DNA of 37,887 nucleotides from a virus (lineage: Duplodnaviria > Caudoviricetes), in IMG/VR virus record IMGVR_UViG_3300024279_000012, positions 1-37,887 of that record. One strand, given 5' to 3'. The notes beneath the pieces are model-generated. The model had not been told where the DNA came from and ran no database searches. It was given only the letters and a program-made list of their open reading frames with translations. The position numbers and the translations under genes were made by a program. Below are positions 8,197 to 18,317 of the stretch, piece by piece. The stretch's first letter is position 1. Each line of letters starts with the position of its first letter.

Positions 8197-9582
8197 TTGC
8201 CGGTCATTCAACTGCCAAATAATGGCTGGAAGCCTCGTCCCTACCAGCGAAAAGTGTGGAGTTACTGGGAGAACGGCGGCAAACGAACTCACCTTCTATG
8301 GCACAGGCGCTCCGGAAAAGATGAGCTTACGTTACATCGCGCTGCTGTCGCGGCATTTGAACGACCGGGGAGTTATTGGCATTTGCTGCCAGAGGCGGCC
8401 CAAGCGAGAAAGGCTATCTGGAACCAAGTGGACCCGCATACGGGGCGCCGTCGCATTGACGTAGCATTTCCGGTTGAGCTTCGCAAGCGGACAGTGGACG
8501 ATCAGATGTTCATTGAGTTCGTCAACGGCTCAACCTGGCAGGTAGGCGGCAGCGACCGCTATAACGCGTTGGTCGGCTCTTCTCCGGCGGGGATAGTATT
8601 CTCAGAATGGGCGCTAGCCAACCCAGCGGCCTGGGCTTATTTCCGACCAATGCTGCTGGAAAACAACGGATGGGCTACTTTCATCACTACGCCACGCGGC
8701 CATAACCATGCCGAGAAGACGTACAAGGCCGCGTTGAAGGAAAAAGGGTCATTCGCTCAGATATTGACGGCGGCTGACACTAGCGTATTCACGCCGGATC
8801 AGTTGGAGTCTGAGCGGCTGAACATGATCGATGAATATGGTCAAGATTTCGGCCAAGCTCTATTTGATCAGGAATATTTCTGCTCGTTTGACGCCGCCAT
8901 TCTCGGCTCCTACTATGGCGCATGGATCACAAAGCTAAAGGCTGAAGGGAGATTCCGGCATGTACCTATCGACCCCGCTCTTCCTGTTCATACTGCTTGG
9001 GATTTGGGTCACACAGACGACACGTCCATATGGTTCTATCAAGTCCCTTATGGTGAAGTGCATTTCGTGGGCTGCTACTCTGCTTCTGGCTTTGGCATTG
9101 ACCATTACATTGATTATGTACGTGACTGGTACCGAACCACAGGAGCCAAGTCCGGGCACTTCTTTCTACCCCACGATGCCAAAGCCAAAACCTTCGCCTC
9201 CGGTGGAAAATCCTCTGAAGAACAGTTCGCCAAGGCCTTCGGCTGGGACAAAATCCGTATAGTCCCGAGTCTTTCGGTGCAGGATGGCATCCAGGCGGTG
9301 CGGGAAATGCTCAAACGGGCCTATTTTGATCTAGAATGCGAGGATGGATTAGAGGCACTCGCCCAGTATCAGCGCGAATGGGACGATAATAAGAAGGCGT
9401 TCCGCGAATCGCCCAAGCATGACTGGACGAGCCATATTGCCGACGCCTTCCGGATGGCAGCGGTGGCCTACGCCGAAGAGGCGAAGACCAAGCCCAAGCC
9501 CGATCCGCGATTCCCGATCCAGCAGAGCATCAACGACCTAATTGCAGCGCAGCGTAAGAAACGCATGAGCCAGGAGTACTAA
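8197..9582 (+). CDS. terL: Terminase large subunit
   Basis: PRPYQ, Walker A HRRSGKD, Walker B GIVFSE, ITTP, nuclease AWDLG and SHIADAFR; TTG start with RBS GAGG. Confidence 0.95.
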   Translation: MPVIQLPNNGWKPRPYQRKVWSYWENGGKRTHLLWHRRSGKDELTLHRAAVAAFERPGSYWHLLPEAAQARKAIWNQVDPHTGRRRIDVAFPVELRKRTVDDQMFIEFVNGSTWQVGGSDRYNALVGSSPAGIVFSEWALANPAAWAYFRPMLLENNGWATFITTPRGHNHAEKTYKAALKEKGSFAQILTAADTSVFTPDQLESERLNMIDEYGQDFGQALFDQEYFCSFDAAILGSYYGAWITKLKAEGRFRHVPIDPALPVHTAWDLGHTDDTSIWFYQVPYGEVHFVGCYSASGFGIDHYIDYVRDWYRTTGAKSGHFFLPHDAKAKTFASGGKSSEEQFAKAFGWDKIRIVPSLSVQDGIQAVREMLKRAYFDLECEDGLEALAQYQREWDDNKKAFRESPKHDWTSHIADAFRMAAVAYAEEAKTKPKPDPRFPIQQSINDLIAAQRKKRMSQEY

Positions 9583-9816
9583 ATGCAATTGAATTTCGCC
9601 ACTTACCAGACCGCCGCCGCCGTGACGCCGAGCGACACGACCGCGCAATCCTATCGGGCTATCTATGTCGGCGGCGCGGGCAATGTCGCGGTGCAGACCG
9701 TGGGCGGGAATACCGTTACCTTTACCGCGCCTCCGGTCGGATCGATCCTGCCGGTGGAAGTGCAGAAGGTGATGAGCACCAACACCACCGCAACTCTTCT
9801 CATTGGGTTGGCTTAA
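9583..9816 (+). CDS. Head spike base protein (RcGTA Rcc01079-like)
   Basis: AVTPSD..RAIYVGGAGNVAV..VTF..GSILPVEV.KV..T.T pattern. Confidence 0.75.
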   Translation: MQLNFATYQTAAAVTPSDTTAQSYRAIYVGGAGNVAVQTVGGNTVTFTAPPVGSILPVEVQKVMSTNTTATLLIGLA

Positions 9817-9818
9817 TC

Positions 9819-11417
9819 ATGGCGACGATGCCGGCTCAAAATCTGATTGGCGGAAACTTGGCAACGCCCGGTGCTCCGGGGAATTTTACTTCGTCACAAA
9901 TTGCGCCAGCGCTCTTGCAGAGCCAAGGCCCAGAGCAATTGCCCAACGTTCGGATCGGCGCATATACGCCGGGGTTGAGGGCATGGAAATGGGCAGTATT
10001 TGGCGACAGTCGCGTGAATTTTTCGTCAGCGACCGGACCCGACATTAGCGTGTCCACATCTGGCAATACGCCGCTCCGCACACCGACATGGTTGCAAGCA
10101 TTTCTAGGCGATGCAGAATTTACACGCAGCTATGCTGTTTCTGGCGACACGGCATCTAACTGGTTGAACGCCTCCAGAACCGGAGGGAGGACCATTTATG
10201 ATTTGGTTGCTTCGGACATCGACGCAGTATATATCCAATATGGTGTGAATGATGCGATGGCACAAACGCCCGCAATCACGATTGTTGGCTATTTGCAGGC
10301 GCTATGTCTAGAAATCATGAAGTCGGGAAAATACGTTGTCTTTGAGGCGATTAACCCGATCCGTTCGCCAGCCACCAGTTTTGTTTCGACGCAAGCGATT
10401 ATTGATAGTGTCAATGCTTTGATGAGCGCGTGGCTGGTTAATTTCAGGCCAAATGCAATTTTTATTGATACAGCTAGCGCTCTAAAAGACAACAGCGGAT
10501 TTGCTAATCCTACGTATTACAACGTGGATGGCATACACTTTGTGCAGGCCGGCGCTTATGTTGCTGGCAAGCTAATCAGCGCCGCAGTGAGAGGGATGAT
10601 TCCTCAACGTGGCGGGGCATTCATCAGCCCTAGCAATGCGCAGCCGAATCTATTGAGCGTATCCTTGCCTGCTGTATTCAGCCTGGACGCTACTGGAACT
10701 GCAACTGCTATCAATCAAACCAGCGGACAGGATTCTAGCGGCCCATATTTGGACTTTGTCTATACGCCAACCTCGCTAGCAGGCGGAGTGCAGCAGAAGA
10801 ATATATACCTGGCGGCGAATTTCCAAAGCTCTAACCCTCCATATTATTCGCTGAGGGGGAATGAAATATTGCAAGGCTATTGCAAACTCATTCTGGATGA
10901 TGGGAACGGCGGCTCCCCGGCTGCGATGGAAATTGCCGTGCGCCAGCGATTCTATACTGCGTCAATTTTTTCGGATGCGCTGCAAACTGGCGTCGTATCT
11001 GTTGGAGCGGCAAACTTCACAGAAGCAGTGAATATATCCGCAATTACGCCGAGGTTGATTAACTCTGCGGCATCGGTAGATGCGGCTCCGGCTAGCGGAA
11101 CAGGTTATAACCTTCAATTCATTATTCGCGCACAGCAAACCGGGGCGTCGATCAGATTGCGAGTTTATTATCCCTCATTGAGGATTGTTGGATATTCTGC
11201 GCCAATTGCCGTGACTCCCGGAGCATCGCCATATACGTATACGAACAATTCCACTGGCAATCAATTCGTTTATGTGGCTGGCGGCACTGTGTCATCCATC
11301 ACGCAAAATGGTGTTGCGACTGGGCTAACATCTGGGATTTTCCCGCTAGCGCCTAATGATACTTTAACGGTTACATATAGCGTGGCGCCAACGACATTCA
11401 CTATTAAGCAGATGTGA
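9819..11417 (+). CDS. SGNH/GDSL esterase-containing virion fibre/spike
   Basis: Blocks FGDS, AVSG, GVND, DGIH; beta-rich C-terminal half; visibly lower GC. Confidence 0.8.
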   Translation: MATMPAQNLIGGNLATPGAPGNFTSSQIAPALLQSQGPEQLPNVRIGAYTPGLRAWKWAVFGDSRVNFSSATGPDISVSTSGNTPLRTPTWLQAFLGDAEFTRSYAVSGDTASNWLNASRTGGRTIYDLVASDIDAVYIQYGVNDAMAQTPAITIVGYLQALCLEIMKSGKYVVFEAINPIRSPATSFVSTQAIIDSVNALMSAWLVNFRPNAIFIDTASALKDNSGFANPTYYNVDGIHFVQAGAYVAGKLISAAVRGMIPQRGGAFISPSNAQPNLLSVSLPAVFSLDATGTATAINQTSGQDSSGPYLDFVYTPTSLAGGVQQKNIYLAANFQSSNPPYYSLRGNEILQGYCKLILDDGNGGSPAAMEIAVRQRFYTASIFSDALQTGVVSVGAANFTEAVNISAITPRLINSAASVDAAPASGTGYNLQFIIRAQQTGASIRLRVYYPSLRIVGYSAPIAVTPGASPYTYTNNSTGNQFVYVAGGTVSSITQNGVATGLTSGIFPLAPNDTLTVTYSVAPTTFTIKQM

Positions 11418-11418
11418 T

Positions 11419-13698
11419 ATGAGCACCATTCCAGACGCAACGGTCAATAGCGCTGAATCTCCTGCTGATTTCGGGCGCGGCCCGGTCGGTGAAGTGCGCC
11501 GCTGGGCGACCGAGATTCAGCTTGCCGAGAGCCAGTTCCGCAAGTGGCGCGAGCAATCCGCCAAGAACTGGGACCGCTACCGGGCGCGTGACAAGCGCAA
11601 GAACAGCTATAACTCGCTCTACGCCAACACGTCGATCATTTTCCCGGTGGTCTACAACACGCCGCCCACCCCGGACGTGCGCAAGCGCTGGAACAAGAAA
11701 GACAAACTAGGCGAGTGCGTGTCCAACGTGCTGTCCCGCGCGATTGAATTCAATCTCGACACGACCAATTTTGACCGCCAGGTGCGCATGGATGTGCTGG
11801 ACATGCTCGTTTGTGCGCGGGGCGTGTCAAGAGTGCGCTATGTGCCAAATCTGGTACAAGTGGGCGATGTGCAGGAAGTGGGCGCCGAAGCCGATGAAAC
11901 CAATCTGGAGCACGAAGCCCAGCAGGGCGAATCGTTCGAGGAACTGGAATGGGAATCCGCGCCGATTGAGCACGTGCAGTGGGATGAATACCTGCACGGA
12001 CCGGGCAAGACCTGGGATTCCATTCCATGGTTCGCGTTCAAGCACAATCTCACGCGTGACCAACTGATTGAGCGCTTTGGCGAGGAAATCGGTAGCCTGG
12101 TGCCGCTGGATGCGGGCCCGAGCGCCGACGATCAAAAGAAGTACCAAGACGATCAAACGTTCGAATTGTTCCAAACCGCCTGCGTGTGGGAGATTTGGGA
12201 CAAAGACACGCGCTCGGTCATTTGGATCAATCTGCAGACGCGCACCGGCCCGCTGAAGACCGAAGACGATCCCTACGGGTTCGATCAGTTCTTTCCGGTG
12301 CCCGAGCCGCTGATTGCCATCGTTGACAGCGACGTGCAATCGCCTGCCAGCCTGTTCGAGATGTATCAGGAGCAGGCGGATGAGCTGGACCGCATTTCCG
12401 GGCGCATTAACCGCATCACCAATGCCATCAAGGCGCGCGGCCTCTACGATCCGAGCTTGGGTACGCAAGTTTCGGAAATCTTCCGGGGCGAGGATAACGA
12501 CCTGATCCCGGCTGCCGAATCGATTCGCATGCTGCAGGACGCGGGCGGCATCGATAAGTTCATCTGGTTTGCGCCGCTGGACGTGATGATGAAGGTCGTC
12601 CAAGGCTTGTACGTGGCGCGCGAGCAGTGCAAGGCCGTCATTTATGAGCTATCCGGCATTTCTGACATCATGCGCGGTTCTAGCGATTCAGCCGAAACGC
12701 TGGGCGCGCAAAACCTAAAGGTCGCGTTCGGCAAAGGTCGGGTATCGGACATGCAGCGCAACATTCAGCGCTATATCCGCGATCTGATCCAGATGCAGGC
12801 CCAAGTGATCGGCAAGAAGTTCGAGATTGACACGCTGCGCCAGATGACGCAGGAAGACTATCCGACTGATGCCGAGTACACCGCCAAGATCGCGCCGCTA
12901 CTGATCCAGGCGCAGATGGCACAAGTGCAAGCCGCGATGACTGGCCAGCCGGCCCCACAGATGCCGCCGCTGCCGCCCAAGCCGACGACCTGGGAAGACA
13001 TTGACAAGGTGCTGAAGTCCGATGAGATGCGCACGTTCCGCATCGATATCGAGACGGATTCCACCATTGCGGCCACGCAGCAGGAAGACCTAGAGCAGAT
13101 GACGGGCGCGCTCGGGGCTGTGACCACGGTCATTAAGGAACTGTGGCCGATGGTGCAGCAGGGCGCGCTGCCGCTGGAAGCCGCCAAGGAACTTGTTCTC
13201 GTGGTTTGCCGCAAGTTCAAGCTCGGCAATACGCTAGAAGACGTCTTCGATCAAATCCAGCAGCCGCCGCAGCAGACTGATCCGAAGGCCAGCCAGGAGC
13301 AAGCCAAGGCGCAGGCGGATATGCAGAAGCACGCCATGACGCTGCAGGCCGACGCGCAGGCCCATCAGCAGGATTTGCAGGCGGATATGAAGCTGGCCCA
13401 GTTCCAGGCGCAGATGGATCAGCAGACCGAAGCCTGGCGCCAGGAAGTCCAAGCCCGAGAAAACGCCCATCAGCAGCAATTGGAGCTCGAACGCGACGCG
13501 GCGCAGCAACGCATGGACATGCAAATGCAGGTATTCAAGGAGCAGGCCGCGCAGGATCGGCAGGCGATGCAAGGCCAGTTGCAGATGCTAATCGCGCAAA
13601 TGAACAATGCCCGCGCGGTCGAAGTCGCGGAAATCGCCGCTGGAACGACGCTGGCGACGGCGCAAATGAGCGCTGCCCAACAAGCCACGGGAGAATAA
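11419..13698 (+). CDS. Portal protein (P22-like, long C-terminal coiled coil)
   Basis: 759 aa after terL; IYELSGISDIMRG motif; Gln-rich helical tail. Confidence 0.88.
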   Translation: MSTIPDATVNSAESPADFGRGPVGEVRRWATEIQLAESQFRKWREQSAKNWDRYRARDKRKNSYNSLYANTSIIFPVVYNTPPTPDVRKRWNKKDKLGECVSNVLSRAIEFNLDTTNFDRQVRMDVLDMLVCARGVSRVRYVPNLVQVGDVQEVGAEADETNLEHEAQQGESFEELEWESAPIEHVQWDEYLHGPGKTWDSIPWFAFKHNLTRDQLIERFGEEIGSLVPLDAGPSADDQKKYQDDQTFELFQTACVWEIWDKDTRSVIWINLQTRTGPLKTEDDPYGFDQFFPVPEPLIAIVDSDVQSPASLFEMYQEQADELDRISGRINRITNAIKARGLYDPSLGTQVSEIFRGEDNDLIPAAESIRMLQDAGGIDKFIWFAPLDVMMKVVQGLYVAREQCKAVIYELSGISDIMRGSSDSAETLGAQNLKVAFGKGRVSDMQRNIQRYIRDLIQMQAQVIGKKFEIDTLRQMTQEDYPTDAEYTAKIAPLLIQAQMAQVQAAMTGQPAPQMPPLPPKPTTWEDIDKVLKSDEMRTFRIDIETDSTIAATQQEDLEQMTGALGAVTTVIKELWPMVQQGALPLEAAKELVLVVCRKFKLGNTLEDVFDQIQQPPQQTDPKASQEQAKAQADMQKHAMTLQADAQAHQQDLQADMKLAQFQAQMDQQTEAWRQEVQARENAHQQQLELERDAAQQRMDMQMQVFKEQAAQDRQAMQGQLQMLIAQMNNARAVEVAEIAAGTTLATAQMSAAQQATGE

Positions 13699-13701
13699 TC
13701 G

Positions 13702-14082
13702 GTGCCTTTCTACACGTGCCACTGCAAGCAATGCGGAGAATATGAGCAAATCTATCGCCATATTGATCAGCGCGACAATACTCCTATGCATTGCGGCCAG
13801 CCGATGCAGAGATGCGTCGAAGCTCCGGCAGTTCAGGTTGATATTGGGGGCTACCAATCCCCCATTGACGGACGCTGGATCGAAGGCAAATCTGCGCGCC
13901 GTGAAGACCTGAAACGATCCAATTGCCGACCGTGGGAGGGCATGGCCTCGGAACGGCAAGCCGCGATTGAGCGCTCGAAAGCCGCTGACAAGGATTTTGA
14001 GAAAGGCGTCGAAGCGGCAGCATATAATACGTTTAATAACATGAGCGCCGAGAAACAGCGCGCCATATCCCAAGGAGTGTGA
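13702..14082 (+). CDS. FmdB-like zinc-ribbon protein
   Basis: MPFYTCHCKQCG..HCGQPM; YQSPIDGRWI. Confidence 0.8.
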   Translation: MPFYTCHCKQCGEYEQIYRHIDQRDNTPMHCGQPMQRCVEAPAVQVDIGGYQSPIDGRWIEGKSARREDLKRSNCRPWEGMASERQAAIERSKAADKDFEKGVEAAAYNTFNNMSAEKQRAISQGV

Positions 14083-14083
14083 A

Positions 14084-15136
14084 ATGTCGAGTGTGATTGG
14101 CGGGATGGAAGATACGATTGCGCAAACCATGGCGCAAATCGGCTGGCCCGGTGCGGATCTGGTAAATGAGCCGGAACCGGATATCGAGCCGGAACCCGCG
14201 CCGGAACCTGATCCGGTTGACCCAGAGCCGGAGCCGGAACCGGAGCCGAATCCCGACGATCCAGATCCGGATAATCCCGAGCCAGAGCCGGAACCGGAGC
14301 CGGAACCGGAGGCGCAATATCGTCCCAAGTGGAAGAAAGCCGCACTGGCCGAGCTAGACAAACTGCCGCCCGAAGTGCAGCAAGCCTTTATCGCGGAAGA
14401 CAAGCGCCGCGAAGAGAATTTCCACAAGGGCATTGAGCAATACCGCACCGGCCATTCTGCCGCGAAGGAATGGGACGAGGTTATTACCCCCTATCGCGCG
14501 ACCATCGATCAATTCCAGGTGAAGCCGCAAGAAGCCGTGCGCTCCCTGCTCGCCACCGACCATGTTTTGCGTTATGGGCCGCCGCAGCAGAAAATCGGCA
14601 CCATTTTGCAAGTTCTGCAGAATTATGGTATTAATCCAGCAGATTTGGCGGCGATTGCGCAGGGAAATACCCCGCAAGAATCGCTCGATCCGCAGTATCA
14701 AGCTTTGAATCAGCGGCTGTCGCAGTTTGAACAAGCGCAAATGGCCCAGCAGCGCGCGGCTGAACAAGCCCGCCAGCAAGCCGAGCGCCAAACGCAAGCC
14801 GCCGTTCAAGGTGAAATCGAGAAGTTCGCATCCGATCCGGATCACGAACATTTCGAACTCCTGAAGCCGCTCATGGGTGGATACCTCCAAAACGGAGTGG
14901 CCAAGGATATGGATGAGGCGTACGAAATGGCTTTGCGCGCCCATCCGCAAACGGCACAAATTTGGATTGCTCAACAGCAAAAGCAATGGGCCGATTCTAG
15001 GAAAGCAGCAGCACAGAAAGCGAAGACGGTCACCAACGTACGCTCCAACGGGCGCGCGAGTACCGGCAAGCCGACGACTGCGGCAACAATGGAAGACACC
15101 ATCAGGCAGACGGCAGAACGCCTCGGCCTGGCTTAA
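14084..15136 (+). CDS. Capsid scaffolding protein
   Basis: Acidic and helical; between portal and capsid genes. Confidence 0.75.
   Translation: MSSVIGGMEDTIAQTMAQIGWPGADLVNEPEPDIEPEPAPEPDPVDPEPEPEPEPNPDDPDPDNPEPEPEPEPEPEAQYRPKWKKAALAELDKLPPEVQQAFIAEDKRREENFHKGIEQYRTGHSAAKEWDEVITPYRATIDQFQVKPQEAVRSLLATDHVLRYGPPQQKIGTILQVLQNYGINPADLAAIAQGNTPQESLDPQYQALNQRLSQFEQAQMAQQRAAEQARQQAERQTQAAVQGEIEKFASDPDHEHFELLKPLMGGYLQNGVAKDMDEAYEMALRAHPQTAQIWIAQQQKQWADSRKAAAQKAKTVTNVRSNGRASTGKPTTAATMEDTIRQTAERLGLA
14168..14311 (+). repeat. (Glu/Asp-Pro)n low-complexity coding repeat
   Basis: GAGCCG/GAACCG hexamer arrays. Confidence 0.85.
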
Positions 15137-15152
15137 CGCATAAGGAGCAATC

Positions 15153-16139
15153 ATGGCCTCTCCCGGTCAAAGCAATCTGTTCAACGCGTTCACCGAACTG
15201 GTGAGCACGACCTATCGCAACCATTCCAAGCAAGTCGCCGACAACGTGTCGCGTCACAATGCGCTGTTCCGCCGCCTTACCGAAAAGGGCCGCGTGCGCA
15301 TCGAAGACGGTGGCCTGTCCATCGTGCAACCGCTGGACTACGCGAACAACTCGACCTATCAGCGCTACTCGGGCTATGACGTGCTGAACGTCAACGCCGT
15401 GGACGTGCTGACGGCTGCCGAATACCCGTGGCGCCAGATCGCCGTCAACGTGGCGGCCAGCGGTTTCGAAATGCGTACCAACGGCGGCCCGCAGCGCATC
15501 ATCAACTTCGTGAAAACGAAGATCACCAACGCCCAACGCTCGCTGGCCAACGGCATGTCGCTCGACCTGTATTCGGACGGCACCGCTGCCAACCAGATCA
15601 ACGGCCTGCAAGCGCTGGTGTCGGATGCCGGTACGGGCACGGTCGGCGGTATCAACAGCTCGACCTGGGCCTTCTGGCAGAACCAGGTCCAATCGGCTGC
15701 GGCTCCGCTGCAAGGCGGTGGTGCGATTACCCCGAGCGCAACCACGATTGAAAGCCTGATGCTGCCGCTGTGGATCAAGCTGACCCGTGGCAACGACATG
15801 CCCGACATGATCGTCATGTCCGACGACTACTTCAGCTTCTTTGAGCAATCGCAGACCAGCCTGAAGCGCTACGCACCGGAAGACGATGGCCAGGGCGGTA
15901 TGATCCGCATGAAGTACAAGACCGCTGATGTCTTCTTCGATTCGTCGGGCGGCATCCCGGGTTCGCACGCCTACTTCCTCAACACCGACTATCTGGAGCT
16001 GGTTGCGCATCGTGACGCCAACATGACCATGATGGATGAGCTGCGCTCGGTGAACCAGGATGCGGTGGTAATTCCGATTCTCTATCAGGGGAATCTCACG
16101 TGCTCGGCCCGCTTCCTGCAGGGCGTTATGAAGGCCTAA
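15153..16139 (+). CDS. Major capsid protein
   Basis: 328 aa, strongly biased codons, RBS AAGGAG; LYSDGT..QINGLQAL motif. Confidence 0.9.
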   Translation: MASPGQSNLFNAFTELVSTTYRNHSKQVADNVSRHNALFRRLTEKGRVRIEDGGLSIVQPLDYANNSTYQRYSGYDVLNVNAVDVLTAAEYPWRQIAVNVAASGFEMRTNGGPQRIINFVKTKITNAQRSLANGMSLDLYSDGTAANQINGLQALVSDAGTGTVGGINSSTWAFWQNQVQSAAAPLQGGGAITPSATTIESLMLPLWIKLTRGNDMPDMIVMSDDYFSFFEQSQTSLKRYAPEDDGQGGMIRMKYKTADVFFDSSGGIPGSHAYFLNTDYLELVAHRDANMTMMDELRSVNQDAVVIPILYQGNLTCSARFLQGVMKA

Positions 16140-16208
16140 TGCGGTAATTGTTGGCGTTTAACAAAGATGGTGTTAAGATGGGATCTCTTCCGGAAGAATG
16201 GGTCTCAA

Positions 16209-16838
16209 ATGAAAATCATCGATATGGTTGGACAGAAGTTTGAGCGCGCGTCGGTTGTTTCGCGTGCGCCCAACAAGAGCGAGAAGGACACCAACGCTCG
16301 TTGGCATTGCCAGTGCGATTGCGGTAAAGAGTTCATCTCTTATGGCCAAGATCTGCGACGCGGCAAGGTCAAGAGTTGCGGTTGTCTGACTCGCTCGACG
16401 ATGGGCGAACGATCGAAGCATTTCAATGCGACTCACGGAATGACGGATTCACGGGTGTACCGAATCTGGACTGGCATGCTAAATCGATGCCGCAACCCGA
16501 ATAGCGGGAAGTGGGAAAGATACGGCGGCCGAGGAATTAAAGTGGACGAGCGGTGGTCTTTGTTCGAAAACTTCCTTACAGATATGGGAATGCCGACTGA
16601 TGAGTTGTCGCTAGATCGGATTGATCCTAACGGGAACTACTGCAAGGAAAATTGCAGATGGGCAACCAGAAAGGATCAAGCCTCAAATAGGCGGTCTTGT
16701 ATTATGCTCACGCATAACGGGATCACTCTAACGGCAACGGATTGGGCGCGCGCACTTGGGATTAGCGTTAGTACGATGTTCAACCGGTTGGACGCGAAAT
16801 TTCCGCCTGAAAAGCTTTTCGCAAGAAAACTGAAATGA
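16209..16838 (+). CDS. HNH-family homing endonuclease (Zn-binding)
   Basis: CQCDCG, SCGC, YGGRGIKV, SLDRIDPNGNYCKENCRWAT; possible own promoter TTGGCG-17-TAAGAT from 16151. Confidence 0.85.
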   Translation: MKIIDMVGQKFERASVVSRAPNKSEKDTNARWHCQCDCGKEFISYGQDLRRGKVKSCGCLTRSTMGERSKHFNATHGMTDSRVYRIWTGMLNRCRNPNSGKWERYGGRGIKVDERWSLFENFLTDMGMPTDELSLDRIDPNGNYCKENCRWATRKDQASNRRSCIMLTHNGITLTATDWARALGISVSTMFNRLDAKFPPEKLFARKLK

Positions 16839-16854
16839 TCATAGGAGGTCTATC

Positions 16855-17586
16855 ATGACTACCGCCGCAAGTTCCTGGCCGCAACTGGGCACCCAGCCCG
16901 TCGGCAACTTCTTCATCCCTGACACCACCCAGCGTCACAAGCTGGGCGCCACTCTGTCCGTCGTCGATCCGTACTACGGCGGCCAAGAGATGATCTATCT
17001 GGCGATTCCCGCTTCGACCGCCCTGAACGTCGGTCACGCTGTCACGTGGGATATCAACAACCAGATCGTCGCGCTGCCGAATACCGCAGGGCAAGGCGTG
17101 CCGGTCGCACTAGCGCTGAATGCCGTCGCCTCCAATGCCAGCCTGCAATATAGCTGGTTCGTGATCGAGGGTCAGACGCTGGCTTGGTCGAATGCTTCGG
17201 TTGCTGCCGCTGCCCTGATCGGCGTGGTTGCTGCCGGCCAGCTCGGCGCGGTGGCCAACGGCAAGGAAATCCTGAACGCACGCGTCGCGGCTGCAGCAAC
17301 CACTACGGTTGCCAAGACCAATACCTACACGCAATCGGGTTCCACGCTGCTGCGCTGCTCGCAAGCTGGCACGGATGGCTGGTTCGTCGGCATGGCGCTC
17401 TCGGGCACCGGCATCGCGGCCTCGACCACCATCACCGCCATTGATACGGACAACCGTACCGTAACCATGAACAACGCGGCCACGGCCACGGGTTCGGTGA
17501 CTGTGACCGGTACGCGAAATGATGGTACGAACTTCTTCAACGTCGTAACCATCGATCGTCCGTTCGCACAGGGTCAGGTGACCTAA
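16855..17586 (+). CDS. Capsid decoration/cement protein
   Basis: Follows the capsid gene; RBS AGGAGG; biased codons; beta-rich. Confidence 0.7.
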   Translation: MTTAASSWPQLGTQPVGNFFIPDTTQRHKLGATLSVVDPYYGGQEMIYLAIPASTALNVGHAVTWDINNQIVALPNTAGQGVPVALALNAVASNASLQYSWFVIEGQTLAWSNASVAAAALIGVVAAGQLGAVANGKEILNARVAAAATTTVAKTNTYTQSGSTLLRCSQAGTDGWFVGMALSGTGIAASTTITAIDTDNRTVTMNNAATATGSVTVTGTRNDGTNFFNVVTIDRPFAQGQVT

Positions 17587-17598
17587 CAGAGCAGTAAC

Positions 17599-17626
17599 GG
17601 GAAGCCCTTCGGGGCTTCTCTCACTT
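17599..17626 (+). terminator. Hairpin/terminator after head genes
   Basis: GGGAAGCCC-TTCG-GGGCTTCTC, cUUCGg loop, weak U tract. Confidence 0.65.
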
Positions 17627-17690
17627 GGGACTTGGAGGCTAACTACCTCCCTTTTTCCCGAGATAACTATATTCCTCCCAAGGACGACAC

Positions 17691-18314
17691 ATGTACGGAA
17701 CTGTTGGCATTCAACAAGGCGGCATGCCGCACATTCGCTTCGAGACGCGCTCGGAAGAAGATCGCAGCGAAAGCATTGCGCAAGAGCGCAAGGTGTACAA
17801 GGACGTGGACTGGATCATCGTGACGCCGCACGGCTCGCGCGATTCCAGCGAAAACCACGCCGCCCAGTGGATCGCCAACAAGCAGAGCCAGGCGGAACAG
17901 GGTAACTACGATATCGAGTGGGTGCAGAAATTCCGCAAGATGTACGAGATGTACAAGGAAGGCAAAGAGCTGCCGGTGGAAGGCACGCCGCTTGCCATGC
18001 TCCCGCATCTGTTTTCCCCGGCGGAAATTGCCAATTGCAAGTCGCTGCATATCCTCAGCCTGGAAACGCTGGCCACAGCCAACGAAGAAGTCATCGCCCG
18101 GCTCGGCATGGGCGGGCGCGAAATGAAGAATCGCGCGCAAGAGGCAGTGAAGCATGCGGGCACCGGTTCCGGCGAGGCGATCAAGGTATCGGCCTTGCAA
18201 GCGGAAAATGCCGATCTGAAAGACCGTATGCGCGATCTGGAAGGCGTAATCCGTGACCTGCAAGCGCAAATGTCGGATAATGTGCCACGACGCGGACGAC
18301 CGCCGAAGGAATAA
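17691..18314 (+). CDS. Hypothetical protein with coiled coil and C-terminal AT-hook-like RRGRPPK
   Basis: RBS AAGGA; position before the adaptor gene. Confidence 0.8.
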   Translation: MYGTVGIQQGGMPHIRFETRSEEDRSESIAQERKVYKDVDWIIVTPHGSRDSSENHAAQWIANKQSQAEQGNYDIEWVQKFRKMYEMYKEGKELPVEGTPLAMLPHLFSPAEIANCKSLHILSLETLATANEEVIARLGMGGREMKNRAQEAVKHAGTGSGEAIKVSALQAENADLKDRMRDLEGVIRDLQAQMSDNVPRRGRPPKE

Positions 18315-18317
18315 TCC

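Noticed and set aside
7683-8200. Group I intron in terL
   Set aside because: The HNH ORF fills the insertion, leaving no room for a ribozyme core, and terL has its own downstream start
14168-14311. Tandem repeats as CRISPR or VNTR element
   Set aside because: In-frame Glu/Asp-Pro coding repeat with no spacers
11827-16010. Long antisense ORFs opposite portal, scaffold and capsid genes
   Set aside because: Expected shadows of GC-rich codon-biased genes
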